The translations under genes were made by a program, and so were the position numbers. The notes below the pieces were generated by a model that was not told where the DNA came from, did no database searches, and was given only the letters and a program-made list of their open reading frames with translations. Positions 39,158-48,397 of a stretch of 64,000 bases of DNA are shown piece after piece (positions within the stretch are counted from its first letter, which is position 1; each line of letters begins with the position of its first letter). Origin of the DNA: Candidatus Hodarchaeota archaeon (lineage in GTDB: Archaea; Asgardarchaeota; Heimdallarchaeia; Hodarchaeales; Hodarchaeaceae); assembly GCA_016840035.1 (NCBI GenBank), contig JAEOTC010000077.1:34699-98698 (forward strand), in the 5' to 3' direction.

Positions 39158-40324
39158 ATGCCATCAAAAGAACTTCTCACCCTTAATTTCATTTTAATAT
39201 TCATTTTATTCCTCAATTTTGACTTGGGAGGAACAAGGGCTGATTTAAATATTGTAGAACTCCCATGGAATCTTCAACAAATCGATATTGCCCGTGCTTG
39301 GAATATAACACAAGGAAGTGAAGACATTGCTGTCGCGGTTATAGATACAGGGGTAGATTTTTCACATCCAGCCTTAGTATCTTCTCAATGGATTAATAAC
39401 AGAGAAATTGCAAATAATTCTATAGATGATGATAATAACGGTTACATTGACGATTATAGTGGATGGGATTGGGTAAACAGCGACAATAATCCTGGTTGGC
39501 AATTTGATGATGAGATTCATCATCATGGGACTTTTATTGCAGGAATAATTGCTGCAAATAATTCTGAAGTCGTTGGAATTGCTCCAAAAGTGAAAATAAT
39601 GCCTTTACGAGTAGTAGATGAAGCAAAACTTATTCCCAATCCACAGGGATTAGAAAACTCAGTGGAATATGCAGTTAAGAATAATGCATCAGTCATCATA
39701 ATGAGTCTTGACCTTTTAATAGGCCCTCCAGGATTTCGTGATAGCCTTCGATCTGCAATTAGCGCAAACATACCGATAATTGGAGTAGCAGGAAATTCTG
39801 ATTACGGAAATGAATCAATAGTTTTACCTGGACGTTTTCCTGAAGTCATTGCAGTTGGTGCTTCAAATCCTAATAAAGAAAAAGCAGATTACAGCAATAT
39901 TGGTGAAGAAATCGAAATCCTAGCACCAGGAGGACAACAAGGAATTGGTCAAATTAGGAGTACCTCCATTCAAGGAGGTTATCGTGTTGGATTTGGTACA
40001 TCATACGCAGCTCCCCATGTTGCTGGTGTTGTCGGACTTATAAAATCAATAAGAAATGATCTTTCTGTCGAAGACATCCGTTCCATACTTCATTCTTCCG
40101 CTCAAGATCTAAATGATGTTGGGTGGGATCAAGAAACTGGTTTTGGATTACTCAACGCATCAGCTGCCCTCGAACTCACACAGGTTTATGAAACGATAAT
40201 CGCGACAACTACAACTCGTCCCCCTGGTCTCTTTGGGATTTCATTCACTTCTCACTTTGGATTTATATTGGTTTTAATGCTAATAACACTATTTTTTAGA
40301 AGAAAACGACGCATAAGCTCTTAG
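39158..40324 (+). CDS. Secreted S8 subtilisin-like serine protease with a C-terminal membrane anchor
   Basis: Signal peptide; triad motifs VAVIDTG, HHGTFIAG, GTSYAAPHV; Thr-rich linker, TM helix and RRKRR tail. Confidence 0.92.
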   Translation: MPSKELLTLNFILIFILFLNFDLGGTRADLNIVELPWNLQQIDIARAWNITQGSEDIAVAVIDTGVDFSHPALVSSQWINNREIANNSIDDDNNGYIDDYSGWDWVNSDNNPGWQFDDEIHHHGTFIAGIIAANNSEVVGIAPKVKIMPLRVVDEAKLIPNPQGLENSVEYAVKNNASVIIMSLDLLIGPPGFRDSLRSAISANIPIIGVAGNSDYGNESIVLPGRFPEVIAVGASNPNKEKADYSNIGEEIEILAPGGQQGIGQIRSTSIQGGYRVGFGTSYAAPHVAGVVGLIKSIRNDLSVEDIRSILHSSAQDLNDVGWDQETGFGLLNASAALELTQVYETIIATTTTRPPGLFGISFTSHFGFILVLMLITLFFRRKRRISS

Positions 40325-40333
40325 CTGGCCCTT

Positions 40334-41974
40334 TTAATCCCCATTTGCGCACGAAAGGGATGTGCGAAATAGTCCAAGTTTATGTCGTGAGCCAGAGTGG
40401 ATTTCAACCTCTTCCACATCGATTATCCCACTCTCATATACTGAAATGACATTGTAAGAGTTCAGACGACGTGATCGGATTTTCTTGCTCGAAAAGGTTC
40501 CTGCATTAACAAATACCGTTTTTTCCACTTGCATTGTTGTAGCATAATGCTCCAATCCTGATAAAACAAGGGGTACATTATGAGATGTTAAAAATTGAAT
40601 AACATCGCCTGCATCCTTTACTGCTCTTTTGAAGTAACTTCGTGGAATAGGTAGAACAGAATGATGCATGGCTACCAGGAAAAATTTGTAGCTGCTATAA
40701 CAATCATATTCATGCTTTATCATACGCATGCGACTACGGCCCACATGACCTGATGAGTCAGCACCTGTATTAATTCCAAGAACCCGAACAGTAGGATCCT
40801 CATATATTGGATCTAGGGGGCCAACCTGTTGTACCCATAATTCTCTTCCAAATGGTTGTAAATCTCGAGTGCCAGGAACAATAAGAAATGGTACACTATA
40901 CTCCCTCAATTCACGGATTTTTTGTTTAGCTAAGGCAAAATCCTCTGGATAGGAATCATTTGTGAGGTCCCCTGTATGAATTAAGACATTAGGATTTTCT
41001 CGTAGCATCATTTTAATGCCTAAATCATATATTTTTGGTAAAAAGTCATTTCCATTGGTAAAGTGTGTATCAGAGAACTGACAGATTTTTGTTATCAAGT
41101 TTTCGCCAGGAACTAAGTAACTTGATTGTATCGCTAGCTCTCCCTTCCATATTTGCTGAGTTTGTTGATTAGCAGTTAAAAATTTTGAATATGTATCAAT
41201 TCCATGGAATTGTACATTTATATCTTTATCTTTGACAATAATATCGACAAATGTATGTCCTGCGGTGCCCCTAGTCTTAAAACTGCTGAAAGTACCTGAA
41301 TTTATCAGTAATGCTCTTCGCTCACCATTTGATAACGAAAATATATTTGGATAATGTCTATGTGCCGTAATTAAAACATCTATACCTGCTTTCCAGATAA
41401 CCTGAGAAACATCTCCTGCATCTAGGATCATTGATCTTTCTCTTCCGGTTGAAGGTATCGGTAATAAATGATGATGGAAGCAAAGTATTTTTAAGACATC
41501 GTCAGGAATTGTTTCGAGTTCTGCAATGGCTTCAATACCACGATCCCCAATTCGTCCAATATTTTCATCTGGTTCGGAGGAATCAATCCCCAAGATGACC
41601 ATATTTCCCCCAGTTTCCCGTGTATCAATGAAAAACTGTCTTTCCCCAAAGAATCTCTTCCAGAGTTGATCCCCGATATTCCTCATGTCATGATTACCAG
41701 GAATTGTATATAGTTCTCCAACAGTAGGAAAATGAGTTTGAAGGATTTCCTTTGACAATTCAAAATCTTCGAACGTTCCTGAGTCTGTAATGTCACCTAG
41801 ATGTAACACTAAGGCCTTCGGGTTCTTTTTCAACCGTTTATTAATTAAAATTGCTCCTGTTTCAAACGCATCTTGATGAAACAAACCAGTGAACTTTGAA
41901 ATATGTGTATCAGAAAATATTAATAATTCTTCAAGTCTGGACTTTCTTTTAGATCGTTTCCCTATCTGAATCAC
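40334..41974 (-). CDS. Tandem calcineurin-like metallophosphoesterase (two domains)
   Basis: Domain 1: SDTH, GDIT, PGNHD, HHH, AHRH. Domain 2: SDTH, GDLT, PGTRD, HH, GLEH. Confidence 0.85.
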   Translation of the reverse strand: MIQIGKRSKRKSRLEELLIFSDTHISKFTGLFHQDAFETGAILINKRLKKNPKALVLHLGDITDSGTFEDFELSKEILQTHFPTVGELYTIPGNHDMRNIGDQLWKRFFGERQFFIDTRETGGNMVILGIDSSEPDENIGRIGDRGIEAIAELETIPDDVLKILCFHHHLLPIPSTGRERSMILDAGDVSQVIWKAGIDVLITAHRHYPNIFSLSNGERRALLINSGTFSSFKTRGTAGHTFVDIIVKDKDINVQFHGIDTYSKFLTANQQTQQIWKGELAIQSSYLVPGENLITKICQFSDTHFTNGNDFLPKIYDLGIKMMLRENPNVLIHTGDLTNDSYPEDFALAKQKIRELREYSVPFLIVPGTRDLQPFGRELWVQQVGPLDPIYEDPTVRVLGINTGADSSGHVGRSRMRMIKHEYDCYSSYKFFLVAMHHSVLPIPRSYFKRAVKDAGDVIQFLTSHNVPLVLSGLEHYATTMQVEKTVFVNAGTFSSKKIRSRRLNSYNVISVYESGIIDVEEVEIHSGSRHKLGLFRTSLSCANGD

Positions 41975-42157
41975 TTCCTGATAATAAATAGTTCCTTATT
42001 TGGGGATTGGAAGATAAATTTAACTTAAAGAATGATATTCGCTTCTTTGAATTTATATAGTTCTTCCTTTATGTTAATAAATACTCCCTTTTCTATGCTA
42101 CTAACAGTAATCGTAAAACAAGCGATTGACCATTATCGTTACCTTGGAGAGAAATTC

Positions 42158-44284
42158 ATGACATCGAAAAAATGTCCTCGCTGTAAAGGAAGTGGAAAGA
42201 TAGCAACAAAAACAAAGAAAAAATGCCCAAAATGTCGTGGATTAGGATCTACAAAATTGCAAATAGGAGGAGGAGCTCCTAAAGGCAAAGACATTTGCTC
42301 AAAGTGTAAAGGTTCTGGTAAAATCGAATTTACTAAAGAAAAAGCTTGTCCTACCTGCTCAGGAGAAGGGATTCTTGAAATTAAATGTCCAATATGTGGA
42401 AATTCATTGAAAAATAAAGAGAAGGAGATCTGCAACTCATGCAGGGATAAAACCTCAATCCACCAATTAACCCCTCCTGTTACAAAACAAACAGTTGAGT
42501 TTAACAAGCTTTATAGCAGTAATGTTGTTACGATCGTGGATTTTGGTTATTTCGTACAATTAGCTCCAAAAATTGAAGGATTAATTAGAAATAAACAATT
42601 TTCAGGAAAGAAGGATGATCAAGTAATTGTTAAACTTCTTAATAAAAAGGGAGATAAGTTTGAATTTGAAGAAGTGAAAATTCGAAATATTGACCAGTTT
42701 CCAATTGTAAGGGTACATGATCCAATTCCATTGGAAAAAATTCATCAGCAACGAGAGGTTGGAGCTTATATCTCATTTATGGCACGGATTGAGAATATCC
42801 GACAAATTCCAAATGGACCAAAGGTATTTTCATTACTTGATGAAACTGGAAAAATCGAGGCAGCAGCGTTCCGCTTAGATTTTGTAGATTCGATGTCTGT
42901 TGGCGATATTGTTGAAGTAGCAGGTCAATTCAATGTTCATCGTGGAGCAGAACAGGTTGAAATCTTGAACATGTTTATCGTAGAAGAAGCTTACTCTAAT
43001 GCATTTACAAAAAAACTTGATAAACACCTAGATTCAATTAGTGAACCGCAGCAAACAGATTTTCTCGTGAAATCCAATGTTTTAACTCTCCTTCAACCAA
43101 AATTTATTTTAGTTGCAAAAAGGTTACGTCGTGCGTTTTTTGAATCTCAACCCATTATTATTCGTCATCATAATGATTGTGATGGTATCTGTGCAGGGAT
43201 TGCAGTGGAACTAGCTCTACGGCAATTATGGTTGGATACATATCATCAATTAGACGAAGATAAACTTAGACACCTGATTAAAAGAACAGTTAATAAACCA
43301 CCCTTCTATGATCCATTAGATGCGGTTAGAGATGTAAATTTTGCATTAGAGGACGAGAATCGTTTTGGAGATAAACTTCCTATCATAATTATGCTTGATA
43401 CTGGCAGTAGTGAAGAAAGTCTATTTTCCTACAAACTTCTCCAGACTTATAATATGGAAGTCTTAGTTGTTGACCACCATTTCCCTTCAGCTTCTGTTCA
43501 AGAAGCAGTTAGCATTCATCTCAACAATTATTATGCTGGTGGAGATTACAATATCTGTACTGGGATGCTTGGCGTTGAATTAGCTCGGTTTATCAATCCT
43601 ACGGTTACTGATGACATAATTCACATTCCTGCAATTTCAGGCATCGGTGATAGGGTGAAAGGTGAGGAATTTGATCAATATTTGGAATTCGCTAAGCAAC
43701 GTAACTATACTGAGTCTTTTCTCTCCGATATTGCGATTGCAGTCGATTATCAGGCATATTTCTTAAAATTCTCTCCTGGAAGAATTCTGTTAACTGATCT
43801 TCTAGGGATTAAAGGGACTGATGAACGTCAAATAGCCTTTGTAAAACTTCTTGCAACAGAAGCTCGTGACCTTCTAGAAAAACAACTACATATTTCCTTG
43901 GAATACTGCCAAGAAACAGAACTACCTAATGGAATACACTTAGCTATACTAGATGTAGAACAATTTGCTAGTCGGTTTGATTATCCTCCTCCAGGTAAAA
44001 TTACAGGAAGTCTTTTTGACCATCTTGGGGGACAAAAACCAGATACTCCATTAGTAACGATTGGTTTAGGCCCTGATTTTGCCATCTTTAGGTCGCAACA
44101 TGTCAAACTCGATTTCCCAAACCTTGTGAGAGCCTTAGCAGATGACTTGCCTCATGCAAACATTGAGGGAGGAGGTCATGAAATCGTTGGAAGTTTAAAG
44201 TTTATTTCTGGAGCAAAAACTGAATTTATGAACGTGATCCAAGAAAAATTGACAATTATCAGTGTCTCTCCTTCGGAGAATTAG
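42158..44284 (+). CDS. Archaeal RecJ-like DHH exonuclease with DnaJ-type Zn finger, S1 and OB folds
   Basis: CxxCxGxG repeats, S1-like FGYFVQL, OB fold, RHHNDCDG, DTGS, VDHH, GGGH. The ORF track starts at 42032; ATG 42158 is more plausible. Confidence 0.88.
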   Translation: MTSKKCPRCKGSGKIATKTKKKCPKCRGLGSTKLQIGGGAPKGKDICSKCKGSGKIEFTKEKACPTCSGEGILEIKCPICGNSLKNKEKEICNSCRDKTSIHQLTPPVTKQTVEFNKLYSSNVVTIVDFGYFVQLAPKIEGLIRNKQFSGKKDDQVIVKLLNKKGDKFEFEEVKIRNIDQFPIVRVHDPIPLEKIHQQREVGAYISFMARIENIRQIPNGPKVFSLLDETGKIEAAAFRLDFVDSMSVGDIVEVAGQFNVHRGAEQVEILNMFIVEEAYSNAFTKKLDKHLDSISEPQQTDFLVKSNVLTLLQPKFILVAKRLRRAFFESQPIIIRHHNDCDGICAGIAVELALRQLWLDTYHQLDEDKLRHLIKRTVNKPPFYDPLDAVRDVNFALEDENRFGDKLPIIIMLDTGSSEESLFSYKLLQTYNMEVLVVDHHFPSASVQEAVSIHLNNYYAGGDYNICTGMLGVELARFINPTVTDDIIHIPAISGIGDRVKGEEFDQYLEFAKQRNYTESFLSDIAIAVDYQAYFLKFSPGRILLTDLLGIKGTDERQIAFVKLLATEARDLLEKQLHISLEYCQETELPNGIHLAILDVEQFASRFDYPPPGKITGSLFDHLGGQKPDTPLVTIGLGPDFAIFRSQHVKLDFPNLVRALADDLPHANIEGGGHEIVGSLKFISGAKTEFMNVIQEKLTIISVSPSEN

Positions 44285-44287
44285 TTA

Positions 44288-44491
44288 ATGAGCAGAACAT
44301 GTTTTTTTTGTGGATTAGATCTTATTAATGGGCCAAAAGAAAAGATAAATTCATATTATTTATTTTCCTGTCCAAATAAATGGCAAGTTTTTGTGTGTGT
44401 TGACTGTGTTGGGAAAGAAATTGATTCTCCATGTACAAAGAATGAAATGACTAAACTAAAAGTCATTAGAGGCTTTCATAAATACCATTGA
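44288..44491 (+). CDS. Small Cys-rich (putative Zn-finger) protein
   Basis: CFFC...C...CVDC...C, tightly packed between the RecJ-like and GNAT genes. Confidence 0.6.
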   Translation: MSRTCFFCGLDLINGPKEKINSYYLFSCPNKWQVFVCVDCVGKEIDSPCTKNEMTKLKVIRGFHKYH

Positions 44492-44518
44492 GGAAGAAAA
44501 CCAGAGGAGAATGAGCTA

Positions 44519-45115
44519 TTGGATTATGTCATAAAGGAGTATTTACCTGAGTATGAAGAGCAATGGTTAACATGCTTGAAAGAAGCATTCTACACATCAT
44601 CTTATGTTGACACAATAATCAAACTCAAACCACGATATGAAAATCCTTTATTAGAACTTATGATGTTAAAAGGAAATAAAGTAGTTGCTTTTCTGGATAT
44701 TGACGTAGTGCCACCATCAGAACAGTTATGTGGAGAAAATGTGGAAAATTCTGCCCAAATATCCATTATTGGTGTTCATCCCAAATATAGACGACAAAAA
44801 CTAGCAACTCGTCTGTTTGAATACGCTTTCTCATATATTGAGAAGAATACCAGCATTTCTAGGTTAGAGATTTCTTTTCGTGAAGATGAGGGAATGTTAA
44901 ACTGGTTACAGGCTCTGAAATTCTCGAGATGTGCCAAATATTATGAAGTTAGTTTTAGTCAGGATTTCTTTATAAAATACAGAATAGATCTTCCTTTTGG
45001 AATAAGTCCCAGTATTCTAACCGGATTTGTAGATCAATCTGGATTTCGACTCTTATCAGTAGATCATCCTCCAGAGAAGACATATCCTTTCATAGTAATG
45101 GAGAAAATCTTGTAA
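44519..45115 (+). CDS. GNAT acetyltransferase
   Basis: IGVHPKYRRQKLATRL motif A. Confidence 0.85.
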   Translation: MDYVIKEYLPEYEEQWLTCLKEAFYTSSYVDTIIKLKPRYENPLLELMMLKGNKVVAFLDIDVVPPSEQLCGENVENSAQISIIGVHPKYRRQKLATRLFEYAFSYIEKNTSISRLEISFREDEGMLNWLQALKFSRCAKYYEVSFSQDFFIKYRIDLPFGISPSILTGFVDQSGFRLLSVDHPPEKTYPFIVMEKIL

Positions 45116-45118
45116 ATT

Positions 45119-46459
45119 CTAATCTTTTCTAAAAATAAGACAGTACTGATGGCACCGGTTACCTACCCAAGCATTATTTACCCCCAATGCTAATAACCGC
45201 TTATCATCTTGCAACCAGATTTTTTCATCTTTAAGAACCCAACCAGTTTTTGATAAAGCAATAGCAGTATCGTATGCTAAAGGGAATAGTCTTCCATTGG
45301 TAAAAACATTATTTGTAATGACCACTAGATACCCTTTGGGTTTCATGAACTTATATGTTTGCGTAAATATCTTTTTCTGAGTATTTATAAAGAGATCATA
45401 ATCTTTGATATTCGCAAGATCGAATTCATCCATCTCACTGTACTTTGTATCTAATCCTTTATCTTTTCGTTCTTTCTGTCGCATTTCTGTGCGATCTAAT
45501 TGACTCCAATAAGGAGGAGAAGTAATAATCAAATCTATGCTTGGAAATTCTTTCTTTGCCCATATCTCTGAAAACTTCAAGCTATCTCCTTGAATAACTT
45601 CCCAGTAACTTTTATCGGTTGTAGTATATAATGGGTTATATGGAAGGGTTGGAAGGTGTGAAAGACGATCTTTACTAATCTCGACATAACGCTCAGATAA
45701 TTCTACTCCAATTGCGCTCCTATTACATTGTTTAGCAGCAATTAACGTGCTCCCAGTTCCTAAAAATGGATCTACAACTAATTCTCCTGGTTTAGTAAAA
45801 AATGTAATAAATTTTCGTATCAATTTTTCTGGGAATTTTGCTGGATGAAGAATTTCATGTTTCTTACGAGGCGGAGGCCTTACAACAATCCACGATTTAG
45901 TCATACGGAGCCATTCTCGTCCAGTAAGAAGATTCAACTTGTTTTTGTTACTTAGAATGCCAAAAGGTTGCTTTTTCCTTCCTCTTCTCAACCGAACGAT
46001 ATCTGATCCCTGCCCTTGTTGCTCCTCAGGTCGGAAAATATGATACGTCTTTTCTTCTGTTTCATTTGCAATGTTGATTAAGTATTCCTCAACCTCTTGA
46101 TTATATAGGGTTGTTAATTGTGATCTAACTGTTTTTATGACCGAAAGGTAGGTTGAAAGCGTTTGTTGCACGATAGTATTTTCTTGAACTGCGATAAAGA
46201 TAATCGGTGTTTCCAGATCTATATGAAAGCACGAAAATTCCTGGTTTTGTACCTTTAATTCAATTTTGAAACAAAATAGACCATTATCTCTTATAAGATC
46301 AAAGAATTTCTTGAATTTCGCACTTTCAGGAAATTTAAGAAGATCAGCAAGAGAAATTATTTGAATTAGTTTGTGAGGATGGTAAATAAGTTCAAAGTAC
46401 TCACGTATTTCATGTTCAACTACATGGGAGGTATTAGATGAAGAATTCATTCGTCTCAA
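45119..46459 (-). CDS. Site-specific DNA methyltransferase (N4-C/N6-A family) with an uncharacterised N-terminal domain
   Basis: HPAKFPEKL, VVDPFLGTGST, GVELS, ITSPPYW; about 170-aa N-terminal extension. Confidence 0.88.
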   Translation of the reverse strand: MRRMNSSSNTSHVVEHEIREYFELIYHPHKLIQIISLADLLKFPESAKFKKFFDLIRDNGLFCFKIELKVQNQEFSCFHIDLETPIIFIAVQENTIVQQTLSTYLSVIKTVRSQLTTLYNQEVEEYLINIANETEEKTYHIFRPEEQQGQGSDIVRLRRGRKKQPFGILSNKNKLNLLTGREWLRMTKSWIVVRPPPRKKHEILHPAKFPEKLIRKFITFFTKPGELVVDPFLGTGSTLIAAKQCNRSAIGVELSERYVEISKDRLSHLPTLPYNPLYTTTDKSYWEVIQGDSLKFSEIWAKKEFPSIDLIITSPPYWSQLDRTEMRQKERKDKGLDTKYSEMDEFDLANIKDYDLFINTQKKIFTQTYKFMKPKGYLVVITNNVFTNGRLFPLAYDTAIALSKTGWVLKDEKIWLQDDKRLLALGVNNAWVGNRCHQYCLIFRKD

Positions 46460-46582
46460 TTTCTTCCTTGCTTCTCAGTCAAGTTCTTTCTTTCCACAGA
46501 GTTGCACGATAAGAAAGTTAAAAAGGATATTTGGATAGAGTAGATTGAAGATAGTAAAAAAAGTTAACGGAGTTTAAACAGT

Positions 46583-46960
46583 ATGGCAGATTATTGTGTA
46601 AATTGTGGTCAAAGAATGAAACCAGAAGATATATTCTGTAGTAACTGTGGAAGTGAAGTAGAAAAACGTGATACATCCTATCGCTCTAGTTCGCAACCTA
46701 GAACGGACTATACGAATCGAGGAATGACGACTCAACCTAAATTATATCGTTCACGAAATAATCGATGGTTAGCAGGAGTTTGTGGAGGTCTTGGAAAACA
46801 CTTCAATATTGACCCTACTCTCGTACGAATCGGATTTATCCTTGCCACATTAGGTTATGGAACAGGTATTATACTGTACATTGTATTAGCCATTTTTATT
46901 GAGGAAGAACCTATAGACGTAGAATACTCTCCCCCAACGAAAGGGAATCCACCCTATTAA
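46583..46960 (+). CDS. Zinc-ribbon plus PspC domain membrane protein
   Basis: CVNCG...FCSNCG; KLYRSRNNRWLAGVCGGLGKHFNIDPTLVR (PspC). Confidence 0.9.
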   Translation: MADYCVNCGQRMKPEDIFCSNCGSEVEKRDTSYRSSSQPRTDYTNRGMTTQPKLYRSRNNRWLAGVCGGLGKHFNIDPTLVRIGFILATLGYGTGIILYIVLAIFIEEEPIDVEYSPPTKGNPPY

Positions 46961-47062
46961 GTAGTTTCTTTGATTATGTTTGTTAGCTTTCTTGGAGGAA
47001 AATGTTTCTCGTATCGACTATTTTAAAATCCAATTCTTTCTTCGCTATGTACGATTAAGAAA

Positions 47063-47305
47063 TTGGAAATGTCTACAATGAATTATGATATTGAATTACC
47101 AGAAGAATTAGTTGAATATTTCGATTCTGTTTTTACATTGTTTGATTTAGGATTTTCTGACAAAGAACATATGTTGAAACACGTTTTACTTGAAGGTCTT
47201 GAACACAGATTAGAACATATGGCTCAAAACCAGAGTTTCAGCCAACATAAAAAGTATCATGATCTAATCGATACCGAAAAGGCGAAATGCATCAGTTCTG
47301 AATAA
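47063..47305 (+). CDS. Small protein, possibly RHH-like
   Basis: YDIELPEELVEYFD...LGFSDKEHMLKHVL resembles the RHH pattern. Confidence 0.5.
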   Translation: MEMSTMNYDIELPEELVEYFDSVFTLFDLGFSDKEHMLKHVLLEGLEHRLEHMAQNQSFSQHKKYHDLIDTEKAKCISSE

Positions 47306-47370
47306 TTTACCCTATTTTTGAATACACATTACGAAAAGAAATTCCTCAAGCATGTACTTACTGGAGGAAA

Positions 47371-47544
47371 CTATTCTTTTTCTTTATATTTTATTTTTAA
47401 TGTTATCTGCTCTATATCCATACCCTTTATCCGAAGAGAATTTACCATACCATAAACCGATTGCCCTACAAAGTCTTGTACGAACTGCTTTATTCCAATG
47501 GACTGGCCATTTACCTCGAGTTTCACTTGATCTACTTCTTTCAT
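47371..47544 (-). CDS. Small protein resembling the stand-alone MobB C-terminal domain
   Basis: VKLEVNGQSIGIKQFVQDFVGQSVYGMVNSLR...IEQITLKI. ATG 47544 avoids overlap with the divergent ABC gene. Confidence 0.6.
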   Translation of the reverse strand: MKEVDQVKLEVNGQSIGIKQFVQDFVGQSVYGMVNSLRIKGMDIEQITLKIKYKEKE

Positions 47545-47626
47545 ATTCGACACCAAAAGTAATATAATCATTACTTGAGAGGTAATTTTTAAAATTCTAT
47601 CCTTCAGTTTCAGTGAGTAATATCCG

Positions 47627-48376
47627 GTGTCAGCTTTGACCTTAATTAATCTTGAAAATGTTTCCAAAGACTATACAATGGGAGAGGTAGAGGTAAATGC
47701 ATTATCTGACCTATCTTTGGAGATTGAAAAAGGAAAATTTGTTGTACTAATAGGACCGTCGGGAACAGGAAAGAGTACTCTATTAAATCTAATCAGTGCT
47801 ATTGATACTCCATCCAACGGGAGAATCCTAATTGAAGGTGTGGATATTACTTTTCTCACACGCAAACAGCGTGCTCAATTTAGAAGACATAAAATAGGCT
47901 TCATTTTTCAATTTTTCAATCTCATACCGACATTGACAGCAGTAGAGAATGTTGAATTTGGTCTTGCACTTGTAGGAGTAACTGATTCATCAGGAAATAT
48001 TTCATACAGTACAAAGGACATTCATTCAACAGCAATGGATTGGTTAGATAAGGTAGGATTAGCCCACAGAGCTAGACACTTCCCAAGTCAAATGAGTGGA
48101 GGGGAACAGCAAAGAGTGGCGATTGCTAGAGCATTAGCTAAAAATCCTCCAATTATAATAGCTGATGAACCAACTGGTAACTTAGATTTTCGTACAGGTA
48201 TTAAGATTTTAAAATTGATGAAAGAATTAAATAAAGAAACTCAGAAAACGTTTGTTATTGCTACTCACAATAGTCAGCTTGCCAAAATTGCTGATTTTGT
48301 AATCTCTCTACAGATGGGAGGGGTAGAGACGTATGAACAAATCCCTCATGACGACCTTGACAATCTCATATGGTAA
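47627..48376 (+). CDS. ABC transporter ATP-binding protein, MacB/LolD family
   Basis: [43 protein letters not shown]. Confidence 0.93.
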   Translation: MSALTLINLENVSKDYTMGEVEVNALSDLSLEIEKGKFVVLIGPSGTGKSTLLNLISAIDTPSNGRILIEGVDITFLTRKQRAQFRRHKIGFIFQFFNLIPTLTAVENVEFGLALVGVTDSSGNISYSTKDIHSTAMDWLDKVGLAHRARHFPSQMSGGEQQRVAIARALAKNPPIIIADEPTGNLDFRTGIKILKLMKELNKETQKTFVIATHNSQLAKIADFVISLQMGGVETYEQIPHDDLDNLIW

Positions 48377-48397
48377 GATCTGAGAAAGGACAGGATA

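Noticed and set aside
47352-47667. ORF 47352-47567 (+) and the long form of 47371-47667 (-)
   Set aside because: The plus-strand ORF is antisense to the MobB-C-like gene. The long minus form overlaps the ABC ATPase start, so ATG 47544 is preferred.
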